DNA from: Ministeria vibrans ATCC 50519 | Lineage: Eukaryota > Protista > Filasterea | NCBI GenBank assembly: GCA_943704425.1 | Contig: CALSCP010000281.1 | Coordinates: 1-58,102 of the forward strand | Length of the DNA: 58,102 bases | Reading direction: 5' to 3' | In this document: positions 28,851-40,166 of the stretch, in pieces | Layout: each line of letters begins with the position of its first letter | Position numbering within the stretch: the stretch's first letter is position 1 | The notes under the pieces: generated by a model | The model's input: the letters and a program-made list of their open reading frames with translations, nothing else | Told to the model about the DNA's origin: nothing | Database searches by the model: none | Made by a program: the position numbers and the translations under genes

Positions 28851-29255
28851 GTAAGGAAATTGATAGAACCATTGAAAGTCGGGAGAAACGGAATCGGGAT
28901 CGGAATTATGCGCCTCGCATGCGTCACAAGGGATGGGCAACGACGATGAAAACGAGCCAAGCGAATGCGAATGAGGCCATGGGGGCGTCGGCACGACCAT
29001 TAGACGCATCACAAGAGGGACCAGGAACACAAACAACCGCGACGTGGTTTGCGGTATGCGAAATCTTGGCTCGAGCGATTTAGTGACGTCATTAAAAGGT
29101 GCTAACCAGACGCGTGGGGGAAGGCGAGCGGCAATCGGGGGCGTGCCAGGGTCTGTCCAGGGAGTCATGCAACATGCACAGTAGAAAGGAGGCAGGGGGG
29201 CCACCACAGCCAAGTGTTGAGGCGTTTCACGCTGCCGTCCGCACCAGNNNNNNNN

Positions 29256-30410
29256 TTTGTGAGTAGAGGGTCACGTAATCGATCGCGCGCGTCGCCACTC
29301 AGTGTACGAGTGGGCGGGCGTGCCTCCGACCTCTCCGGCTCGCTGGTGGCCGGCAGCGGAAAGCACAGCTGGTAAAAGGACATGATCAGAGGAATAGCCT
29401 GCATCTTAACAGCTCGTGTGCACGTGTTGTGTGGGAGTACATCGACCAGAGTGACAAGCGCGTTCAGAGCATCAGCGCGAACCTCGATCGAGTCGTCTTG
29501 ACAAAGTTCAAGCAGTTCTGGTATGACTCGAGACTGAACAAGTTCGGGGTTGCTGTTGACGAGGGCACGTGCAAAAGTGACGAGCTGCATCGCCATGGCG
29601 GTGCGCACGGACGCCAAGGTGTCTTGGCACAGAGACAAGGCACGATCGAGCAACGGTGCAAATTGTGTCTCTGGCAGGGCGCGGGCAAGCGCCCCGAAGC
29701 AGTCCACGGCAGCCAGGCGTTGTTCACTTGACGCAGTGGGTGCACACGAGAGAGTGCAAAATGTCAGTACATCGGAGAGAAGCACCGCACTATCCAGAAC
29801 AGGCACAATGGCAACCAGGGCCCCGACCAGAGTCGCAAAATCGGTCTCTACCGAGACGCTTTTGAGCTTCGCAAGAAGCGCCGGAAGAATATTCTCCGCG
29901 ACTACCTGGGGAAAAAGGGTATTGGAAAAGAAAGAATTATAGTCAACGGAAACTAGAGTACAAGACGTTCGAGAGCGATTGATCAAAAGGGAAACAGACC
30001 TTCTGGGGAATCAGGTTGCTCCTGACAACCACTTTTAACATAGCAACAAACGGCTCGTGTGTAAAACCACTTTGATCGTCGACCGCAGTGCGTGTTGCTT
30101 GTTCCACCAGAGATACTACAGAGTGGTCAGAGAGCGACGCAAGGACGCGAGGGAGCTGTTCAAGCGCGTAACAGCTCTGGACAGAAAATTTGGATTTGAA
30201 CATGAGCGTAAGACGCTCACTGATTGGCAGCGACGCATCCACCTCGAGTTCGGGATCGTGCTCGATAGGCAGATGGCCACTTGCGGAGGTGGGCTGTATA
30301 GCCTGAGCTTCACACGGGAGTTCCGTCACAGGATCGGCCACGGGTGGTGGAGTCAGCCCTGCGCCCGGTGGTGGGAGTGTCAGTGGGGCCAGACCCAATG
30401 GGGGGTGCAT
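29256..30410 (-). CDS. PPP4R4: HEAT-repeat protein, PP4 regulatory subunit 4-like; 3' end truncated at the N-gap
   Basis: LEVDASLPISERL..VQ..LP, SLCQDTLASVRTAMAMQL and VIPELLELCQDDSIEVRADA resemble the PPP4R4 N-terminal HEAT region. Confidence 0.7.
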
Positions 30411-30522
30411 TGGGCAGGGGGAGGGGGAAACAAGTGTGAGAAAATTGAAATACAGAGTGTGAATTGGTGAATCAGAGACAAACAATATAAATACAATTAC
30501 ATAATTATTAATAATTGATTGT

Positions 30523-31664
30523 TTACTTCCACCAATTCGAGACTGACAGAGAGACAGAGAGAGAGCGCACGTAGTGCCACATTCGAGGAGGAATATAAAG
30601 CATTTCACCAGGTGCAAGGACGCAATGGAACCAGCGCGTGTGGGAGTAGCGCGGGAACGCTTCAAGATCCGGTTCGTCAATATCAACCTACATACATGCA
30701 ACATGGAATAAGATTAGCGTATATTTTAAACTGCGGGCCACGCACTCTGCTTGTGTTGGAGAGGAGAAGGGCATCGTGAGGATAGAGGCCGGAGGTGTAC
30801 TCGGAGGCACAGAGAGCAAGATACTTGTAGCCAACGACCTGACACAGCAAGTTGTGTGTTGGGTCGAAGTGGCAGGGTGTGATGGTGTGACAGGGACCCA
30901 TCCACACGTTGACGACGACGGAGGGTGGTGGGGTGTCGTCACTGTCACTGTCGCTGCCACAGTTGCTCGCTTGTGCTGGTTGTTCTTGTTGTTGGGTCGT
31001 GCATGAGCAGTAGTCTGGTATGTACATGTCCTCTTGAAGAACGGGAATCTGTCCGAGAAGAAAACGAGCGGACGAGTTGAAAAGTGATTTTTTTTTTTGT
31101 TTGTTTGTGTGTGTGTGTTTTTTTTTTGTGCACCTGCTCCAAGAGACTGTGCTGAGCAAGATAGGCAATGTCTTTGGACTCGGTGTTGGAGGAGAGAAGA
31201 CGCTCAAGGAAGTCATCGATGGTCATGAGCGACTGCGACCAGTCTGCATCGGTGTACTTGCGACCGATCTCGACGGGGACTGTGCGTGCGCCCGCGATGC
31301 GGTGCCAGTAGTGGCGGTGGGTCCAGCGTGTGTGGGCGTTCCAGTGCGCCATGCCACCTGTGATGATCACAGGACTGCCTGATTGTAGGCATTCTTGCTG
31401 GAACCAGTGAAGTGATGGCTGCTCCACGCGTCGAATTGCGCTGGCGTGTGTGAGCTGGTGTGAGGGAATCACGCCCGGATCATTGAGAATGTCACGTTCG
31501 ACGAGAGTTTCGCCACAGAGTAGATCATTGTCGGTAATAACTGTATCGCTTGGCGACAGGCAAGCACACGCGTGTGTTGCAAGAGTGTTCAGGGCGTCTG
31601 TCACAGGCGCTAGGGGTGCGCCTAGCAACAGACCGCGATCGCACAGTTGAACACACTCCTACAC

Positions 31665-31696
<32 letters not shown>

Positions 31697-32120
31697 AATA
31701 TTTATTGAACACAAACGCAGTAAAGCAAAAACAATGCCAACGTACTTTCCACTGATCGAGACTGGCAGCCGAGAGGGCACGCATCAACTGGACCGCAGCA
31801 TAGCGATAGCGCCACACAAGCGGAACATCCTTCCAGTGAGACGCATAAAGTTGGTCGTGAAAGGCAGTCTCGGCACGTTTCCCCGTCTGCTCAACGCACT
31901 GCAGGTAGTGGCCACCCCGGACATCGGACCAACAGGCTTCCAAAAGCACAAGGACGGTCGAGACGCCAGTGCGTACTGTTGGGTCTGCCACACACAACAT
32001 GAGAGTTCGTCGCGATCAAAACATTCTGCTGCTGCCCTTACCAAGCAGGCCGTGCCAGAGCGCGCCGTCAGTGCCACGAAAAGTAGAGAGCGCGTCAAGA
32101 CACTCAGAGATTACATCCAT
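30523..32120 (-). CDS. KDM8: JmjC-domain protein JMJD5/KDM8
   Basis: AGARTVPVEIGRKYTDADWSQ, YLAQHSLLEQIP, TPCHFDP (HxD motif) and PGEMLYIPPRMWHYVRSL; stop at 30523. Confidence 0.92.
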
Positions 32121-32191
32121 AAAAGGGTGAAAAGGAGTGGAAACAATTAACAAACCGATCAAAATGGATCAGAAATTCAGAATATTTTGCT

Positions 32192-33679
32192 ATGAGTAGC
32201 GACAACGACTCGGATATCGATGAGATACGCGAACGACGGAAGCGTCGACGTGTTGCGTTGCGTGTCGACCCAGTACGCGACCGGCGCATCAAACTCTATT
32301 AATTAATAATAGGAATAAATGAAGTCGAAAAGTTTACAGTAATAATGATTATTTTGGCATTGTGTTGTGTGATGTGTATAGAGTCGCACGACGATCAACA
32401 CCGCCCAGGGCGTCGATGCCGTCGATTCAAGTGCCGCTGGCGCTGGCACTGCAAGCACATCACTGTTGGTGACTTCAAAAGCAGCCGCGACCAAGGGAAG
32501 CGACGCGGCTGTCGAGGTGACAAGCAAATCGTTTCTCAAGGGACAGCGCACTCTCAATCCGCAAAACGACTACTGCCACCACTTTGTCGACACGGGTCAA
32601 CGACCGCAGAATATGTGCCGTGAGTATCCCTACGGCGACGACCGACGCCTCGAGAACATTCCCAGCCTGCACGAACTCATTCGTCTCAAGGCATGCAGAG
32701 ACACTCATCACAGACACACACACACATCACAAGAATTACTTACGCACTTATTCACTTGCTCACTCGCTCACTCACTCACTCACACGCACACACACTCACA
32801 CACACACACATTCTCTCTCTTGCACACACTCACAATCTCACTCTCACACATGCAGACCACTAAGCGTTTTCGTGTTTAGGACCAACTGGCGCGCTCCATG
32901 GCGCTCCCACCCATGTACATACAGTGTGACTTGTCAACCTACGACCTGCGCAACGTCGGCAATCGCTTTGACGTGATTCTCATTGACGCACCACTTGAAG
33001 AGTATCAACGGCGCGCGCCCGACGTCATATTCGATCATCGTCCGTGGACCTTTGATCAAATTGGAGCACTTCGTGTCGACCTGCTTGCCGATATCCCCTC
33101 CTTCCTCTTTATGTGGGTTGGCAGCAGCGATGGACTGCGTCATGGCCGCGCCGTCATGCAGCAGTGGGGCTATCGGCGTGTCGAAGACATTTGCTGGGTC
33201 AAAACCAACAAGAAATCAACGGTATGTGGAGACAGAATGGCAGCGAGGGTTGTATTATTCTGATGGTTGTGCGTATAGACCAAGGATGGAGTAGAGGGAG
33301 GGCTGTTGGACGGATGTATTCTCAGACACACTTTGGAAGTAACGACGCGATGAGATAGAGAGAGAGAAATACAGAGAGAGAGACACAGACAGTGAGACGA
33401 TACTTATATTGCGTTCGGTTTAGCACTGTTTGATGGGAATCAAAGGAAATCCAAAGCGATCGACGGACACGCACCTAATCCACTGTAACTGTGACGTGGG
33501 TATGACACACACAAGCACACTGAAAGAAAAAGAAGAAAAAACGAAACCAATTGTTTTACTTTGTTGATAGATGTGATTGTGTCGGAAGAATTTGCACACG
33601 GAAGCACTGAGAAACCAGCGGAGCTGTACAGTCTGATTGAGCATTTCTGTTTGGGCCGACGACGCATTGAGCTGTTTGG
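32192..33679 (+). CDS. METTL14: m6A methyltransferase non-catalytic subunit METTL14; 3' end missing
   Basis: [57 protein letters not shown] and [15 protein letters not shown]; includes one GC-AG intron. Confidence 0.92.
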
Positions 33680-33700
33680 GTAGTCATAGCGATGCAGAGA

Positions 33701-33703
<3 letters not shown>

Positions 33704-33789
<86 letters not shown>
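33704..33789. repeat. (GA)n microsatellite at a probable mis-join
   Basis: Directly visible. Confidence 0.95.
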
Positions 33790-33794
<5 letters not shown>

Positions 33795-33994
33795 AGTGAT
33801 AGAATCAAAGTGATAGAATCAAAGTGATAGAAACAAAGTGATAAGTGATAGAAACAAAGTGATAGAAACAAAGTGATAGAGAGAGAAAGAGGAGGGAGAA
33901 AGAAACAGAGTGATAGAGAGAGTGTGTGGTGTGGAGGGAAGTGATGAAGTGATAAAGTACGAAACATACAAAGAGACTTTTCACATGTTCTGTA

Positions 33995-34230
33995 CCTTCG
34001 TCCTCGGGATACACAAACGCATACATCAAAAGACCCAACGAGGTAAAGAGCGACACGGAGATGACGCCGCCAATGGCCATCTGCATTCTCGGCGTGTGCC
34101 AGAAGGGTTTTGTCATTTCGTTCACTTGTGATGGTGTGGCCGTCGCCGCCTGCGTTCCCCGCCACGGCCGCGGCCCGTCCACTGGCTCTCGTATTTGAAA
34201 CACTTTCAGCAATCGATTTCGGAATCCCAT
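33995..34230 (-). CDS. Small single-TM protein of unknown function; first exon only
   Basis: ATG at 34230, hydrophobic segment MAIGGVISVSLFTSLGLLMYAFVY, then a GT donor leading into a CT-rich intron. Confidence 0.5.
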
Positions 34231-34322
34231 TGAGACGACAGTGAAAGAAAAAAAAAACTAAACGTTTGATGAGTTTGACATTTTCCAGACTGATCACTCT
34301 TCACTCCATAATTTTCTTGCAA

Positions 34323-34810
34323 ATGAAAGCGGTGGTCGTCTTAACTTTGGTGACACTCGTCGTGGTTCCTTCCCTCGTCGACGCCCAGTTTCAGTACGAA
34401 TCAAATGACAAAAAAAGTCTCTCAACTGCAACACACTTTTTCTTTGGTAGATTTTCGTTTGGCGGAAGCGACGGAGGCGACGGCGGAGGCGGAGGCTTCT
34501 TTGACAACATCTTTGGTGGCGGTGGCAGCGGTGGCGGCGGCGAAGGAGACGCTGGAGAGCAGGCAGGCGGGAAAGGAAGCGCATCGCAAGCGTACGTGAA
34601 CGACCCACACGCCAAATCAAACTGCTACGTGTGCAGTCGGCCACCAAACGACTGTGTCCCCACCCCAATGGTACACATGGCTTACCACACCTTCATTCCA
34701 TCTTCTCACTGCCTTTGTCTCTGTTCTAGGACTGCCCCTGTCCGTTTGGAACGAAAAAGTGCAAAATTGGGGACTGGTACTATTGCAACGCCAAGTGCAA
34801 AAAAAAGTAA
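34323..34810 (+). CDS. Secreted Gly/Cys-rich LCL2-like protein, 3 exons
   Basis: Signal peptide, QFQF..FFDNIFGG and YVC..CVPTPM/DCPCPF..K..GD..C resemble the fungal LCL2 pattern. Confidence 0.6.
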
Positions 34811-34914
34811 TCTCTCTCCTCTCTTCATCACCCCCACCACTGTGAATACCTGAATATACTTCAAACCCAATTATTAACAAACAAGACATTCGTTATGATT
34901 ACACTATTATGTTT

Positions 34915-37088
34915 TTACACGTCGGTGGAAGATCCGTCCACCGAATGGACAACAACACGGGGCGCACTCTCACGTCTTGCATTTGCCAGCAAGGCCGACG
35001 TACGTCGTGGGCTGTTGGACAAGTCTCCAATAGGATCTGTCGCGTGTGCAGCCTGAACCAACGCCGCCAGACTCGGCTCACTGTCGACGTGTCCTTCATT
35101 CTCCATCTCAAGTCTGGGCAATGTCTTCGCAGACACCGTGCGCTCTCCACCAGAAAGTGAATCAGGCCAAATTTTGCGTGGAATAGGCGCTTCGTTGTCA
35201 TCCGATTTTTCTTTCCCCGGCCCTTTCGACTCGATCGCGTTCATCGTCTCGTCACGAAGCCGCTTGGCGTAAGCAGCGAGCTCGGCGAGCGTGGCCGATC
35301 CGTGTGCACCAGTCATGGCGAGCGGGTCAATGTCAGAGTCGTCGACGGATCGGCGCCTGCGTGTTGCTTGATCGGTGCGTGTGCGTGTTTTGCGTCGTCT
35401 CTCACGTACACTCTGGCTCGTACGTCGACTCGCCTCGTTTGCTTCATCTGTAGGGACTTTTGAGGGTGTTCTCGGGAATGTCAGATTGGGAGTGTCGCAA
35501 GGCGGTGCCGTCTGTGGACTGGTCGGGGCAGTGCGTGTGATGGACGACGCCGTCGGGGGTGCAACTGTTGGTGATGGTAGGGGGAGCAGTGCCAGCGAGG
35601 GAGGAGCACCATCTGTCGTGGAGACAAGTGAAGGAGGTGCAGGGAGGGCTCGCAGCGTTGCGCGAGAGAGTGCTGGTGAAATGGAACGTGTTCTGTCGAG
35701 ATCTTGTGGGGCATTAACTTCCAAGGTGTCATCGTGATCACTCTCAACAAAGCCATCTTCATCCCGTTGTCGTGGTGTTTCCACAGCTGCTGCTCTGCTG
35801 TTTCCTTCCGTTCTCGGGTCGCTAGTGGCGGTCCAAGCCATGGCACCACCATTTTGACGCATCGAAGGCGATGCCGCATTCCACGACACAGCAGCAGCAG
35901 GATTAGGAGAAGGATCAGGAGCAGGATCAGTCGACACACTGTCACCAGCAACGTTTGCTATTGGTTGAATGCGATTGTCGCGACGCCCCAACCAACGACG
36001 ACCCTTCCGTTTGTTAGCACTCTTCTTCTTCTCATCCGGAGTATCCAACACCGCTTGGTTGGGCCTCACAAGTGTTGTGAGAACGCGTTGGTCACGTCGT
36101 CGTGTGGGACGCGCCGGAGGCTCGGTGCCCTCGATGCGCGCACGTTTTTCAAGGTAGTGCTGAAAGGTTGAGATGCCTTGCCAGGCAAGCCAACAATGGT
36201 ACAAAAGGAGCTCGCCAATGAAGAGTGCAATGACTGCCAGCAAAGCGACAAAGATGATGTTGAGCACAACAAAGACTGTCCCATTGAGTGTGAGACTCGC
36301 ATTGCCAAATACTCGTGTGTAGCTCACCGCACCCACACTGAAATGCCGCACAGTTGCATACACGCCAAATCCCAGAAAGACAACGCTCGTCAGAAAGGCA
36401 CTAAGCACCGTCATAAAGAAGAGATAATAGTTCCGACGTCCAACGCACGTATTAAGCCAACGACTACGTACAAACAAAAATGCGGGACATATATGCGTTA
36501 CAAACAAAATAGTCTCCGTCTCACTCTTGTGCATGTCTGACACAATAATTTTGTCAAATATCTCAATTAGTGTCGTCCATCGCCGTACCAGTGATGATCA
36601 AAACCCGCTACGCACTTGTTACACACACGACAGTGTTTGCTTTGTGCGTCCACATGGACCTGACAGATGTTACAGTAGAGTTGTTCAATGACATGGGAGT
36701 GCTGGCGACGGTCAAAGGTGACGGGCTCGCCGAGCGCGTCCCACTGTTGAAGCAGGCGCTCGTCGGCAGGATTCACGGCCGTGGTGAATATGTGAAAGAA
36801 CAAGTGAAGTCCTAAGAGCAGACCGCCGGCACAGTAGGCGGCGGTGGAGACAGGGCTTGGGGAGTGAAACGTCGCCGTCACAACAACGCCAAAGAACCAC
36901 AGCGAGAATAACACGAGAACAAGCCAAGCAGCCACCTGACCTGGATGTGGAGTGCATGCAAACCCATTGCGACGTCGTCTCCGCGCGTTCGCTCCGATCG
37001 ACCCCTCTCCATTCCCTTTTGACGCGCTGGTTGTCGTGGGCAACGGCGACGCATTTGCCGCACTGTCCACGTCCGAAGAAGAAGACAT
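34915..37088 (-). CDS. DHHC palmitoyltransferase (ZDHHC1/11-like) with a long disordered tail
   Basis: RRNGF..HPGQVAAW and SKHCRVCNKCVAGFDHHC (Cys codon split by an intron), followed by RWLNTCVGRRNY. Confidence 0.9.
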
Positions 37089-37269
37089 TGACTGACGGCC
37101 AAAGTATAACGTTCGACGTACTCCAGCCTTGATGGCGGTGCTTGCGACGCACACTACGAAGAACGGAAGACGGACGAGGGCAAAGATGTTGGCAAAATAT
37201 TTGAAAAAAAAAAAGGAAAATATTATAGTTTGAATAATTTAATTTATTATGAGTGAATAACTTTTTTTT

Positions 37270-40067
37270 TTAATTTTTCTTCTGATCGAGAGGATGAGTG
37301 GAAAAGTAACCATCGTTGGCAAGGACCTCCTCGGCAATGCGGTTGACCATAGCATCGCCGTTGCGATCGGGACCTTCGCGAAGCTCTTGGACGTTACGGG
37401 CCAGGCGCGTCTCGGCTGAGCGTGCAAAGGCGGCGCACAGATTGGAGTCGTGCTCGGCTGTGGGCACACCGAGGTCAAGGGCACGCGACGTGCGCGAAAC
37501 GGTCGCCGTGAGCAAAAAGAGATCAATTGAGATGTCGGCAATACGACGCAGCAACTGCTGCTGCTCCACCACTCCATTCTTGTGATCCATCAGGGCACGC
37601 GTCACGGCCGCATTGAGATGCGCCGTATACGTCGCCAGCAGATCACCGTGTGCCTTGAGCGACGGATGCACTCCCTCGACGCTCGCCTGTACACAATACA
37701 CAAACAAAGTGTGATAAGCCTGGGCACTGCGTACTTCTTGTACACCCGATAAAAGAAATGAAAAATAATTAATAATGAAAACTGACCTTGCCAGCAACAC
37801 CGAGTGTGCGAAGGAAAGTCGAGCCAAGGGTACCCATGTTGGCCATGGGGTTCTTCGCAGCGGCCTTGATAGACTTGCCGACACTCTGCACACCCATCAG
37901 CGACACGAACATGCGCAGAATCTCATTGGTGCCCTCAAAGATCTATGACAGAGTTCACACAGCATAGTCTCGATTGAGATGGGTGCATTGCAGGCGTTTG
38001 GCCAACGGTTACCTGGAGAATGCGAGCGTCACGCAAGAAGCGCTCGTACGGAAGGGTCTTGATAAAACCTTGACCGCCGGCCATTTGCAGGGCCTCGTTA
38101 ACGTTGATCCACAGGGCTTCGCTGCCGGCAATCTTGCACATGGCCGCCTCAAGCGCACAGTCGCCGTGCTTGCCCGAGTCGATCATGGAAGTCGTCAGAA
38201 AGGCAGCACTCTCCAGGGCATAAGCAGACACAGCCATTTCAGTCAGTCTGAGACAAAGAGAGAGAAAAAAATTGAGTGAGAAAGTCAAAAGAAATAACAG
38301 TCAAAGACCAACCCAGTCAAACACATACCACACACACTCTCCTCTCTTCTCTATATTTCTATCACTCTCGATCACTTTGTCTCACTCTATCACTTTGTCT
38401 CACTCTATCACTTTGTCTCACTCTATCACTTTATCTCACTCTCCCACTTTTTCTCACTCTATCACTTTGTCTCTCTCTCTCTCTTTCACTCACTCACTCA
38501 CACATACACGCAAACGGAGAGCACGCAATGTTACATACTTTGCGCGAATGAGACCAAAGTCGGCAAGAGGACGACCAAACTGGGTGCGCTGCTTGACATG
38601 CGCCACCGACATGGCCAACAGCTTCTTGCTGCTCCCTGCTGCTCCCGCCCCCAGGCCAAATCGTCCACTGTTCAGAATCTTCACTGCCACTTTGAAGCCC
38701 GACCCGACTTCACCCAAAACATTCTCTAGTGGAACGCGGCAGTCCTCAAAAAACACCTAATTCAAACACGCACGCACGTAGTGCAAAAGACACAATCACG
38801 TAAACACCCAGTATGAATCAAAGTCACTTTTTCCAAGTCAAGCTCACCTCAGTGGTATTACTGCCACGGATTCCCAGTTTGTCTTCAGGTTTGCCACTCG
38901 TAAGTCCACCAAACGATCGCTCAACAATGAAAGCTGTCACCTAAATAAGCAAAGTAAACTATTAGAATGGAGGGCAAGACGTGCGCGAATTCCAGTTTCG
39001 GACATTGTACTGACCTTGTCCTTCTCATCGCCCGTCTTGGGGTCCTTGATCGTGGTGCGCGCAAATACAGTCATAATCTCGGCCGTTCCTCCGTTGCTAA
39101 TCCAACATTTGCTTCCGTTCAAAAGGTAGGCTTTTCCGTCATCTTTGGGCAAAAAAATACACACACCAGTTTGATCACATTTCCGTTTTGTTTCTCTCCA
39201 TCACTTTGTTCCTTTCTCCCTCTTTTCTCGCTGTCACTTTGTTTCTTTCTCTCACTATCACACGTTTCTTTTCCCTCTCTCTATCGCTTTGTTTGTTTCT
39301 CCCTCCTTTCTCTCTCACAACCAATCTTACCACTCAGAGTCGCTCGGGTCTTGATCGACGCCGCATCAGAACCACTGCCCGGCTCTGTCAGTGCAAATGC
39401 AGCCGTGTTCTCGCCACTCGCCAAGCGAGGAAGGTACTTTTCCTTTTGCTAAACATCAAGACGCATAGAGGTGGTAAGTACGATGAAATCGGCCGTTTGA
39501 AGCATTCACACCTCTTCCGTGCCAAACATCAAGATTCCCTTGAGGCCAATGCTCTGGTGCGCCATCAGCGTCACAGCAACACCCCCGTCACTTGCAATGT
39601 TCTCGACAATGCGCGCAAACGACGAGTTGTTCTGGCCGAGCCCGCCGTACTTCTCGGGAATCTGAATGCCAAAGAGCCCCAGCTCCTTGAGCCCGTCAAG
39701 CGTCTCCTTGGGAATTTGGCTGTCGCGGTCAATCTTCGCACTGTCAACCTGTTCGTCGTAAAAGCGATTGATCGGCTCCAACATCGACTCAAGCATCTCC
39801 TGCTCTTCGGCACCGGGGTTCACGGGGTAGGGGAACACCTTCTCCGACAACACCTTGCCGTGGTACAGCCCCTTTACGATTCCTTCGAGCTCTTCACGAC
39901 GACAAACCTATCCAGAAAATTTACTGTAGTGAGTCCCATTCATTATCTCTCTTCTCCGCCCTCTCCGCCTGCCCTACGCTCGTCGAAAGACACGCCAAAG
40001 GCTGGTGTTTCACAGGAACCATTCGCGACGTGCGCGCAACACTGGCCACAGTTCGAATTCGCAACAT
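37270..40067 (-). CDS. ACAD9: Acyl-CoA dehydrogenase, ACAD9/VLCAD type, mitochondrial
   Basis: [50 protein letters not shown] and [19 protein letters not shown]. Confidence 0.88.
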
Positions 40068-40166
40068 GACACAAAGCAAAAGAATAATGAAAGTGGTTAG
40101 TGGTAATAATAAGACGTAATTTTTATATTAATCATTGCTTTTGATCATTCACATTCCTTTGTTGGT

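Noticed and set aside
33790-33960. GTGATAGAGA resembles half of a tet operator
   Set aside because: There is no palindromic partner, and it belongs to the intronic minisatellite family.
36585-36600. DHHW instead of DHHC, suggesting an inactive palmitoyltransferase
   Set aside because: The Cys codon is split by an intron (TG|T), so the motif is intact.
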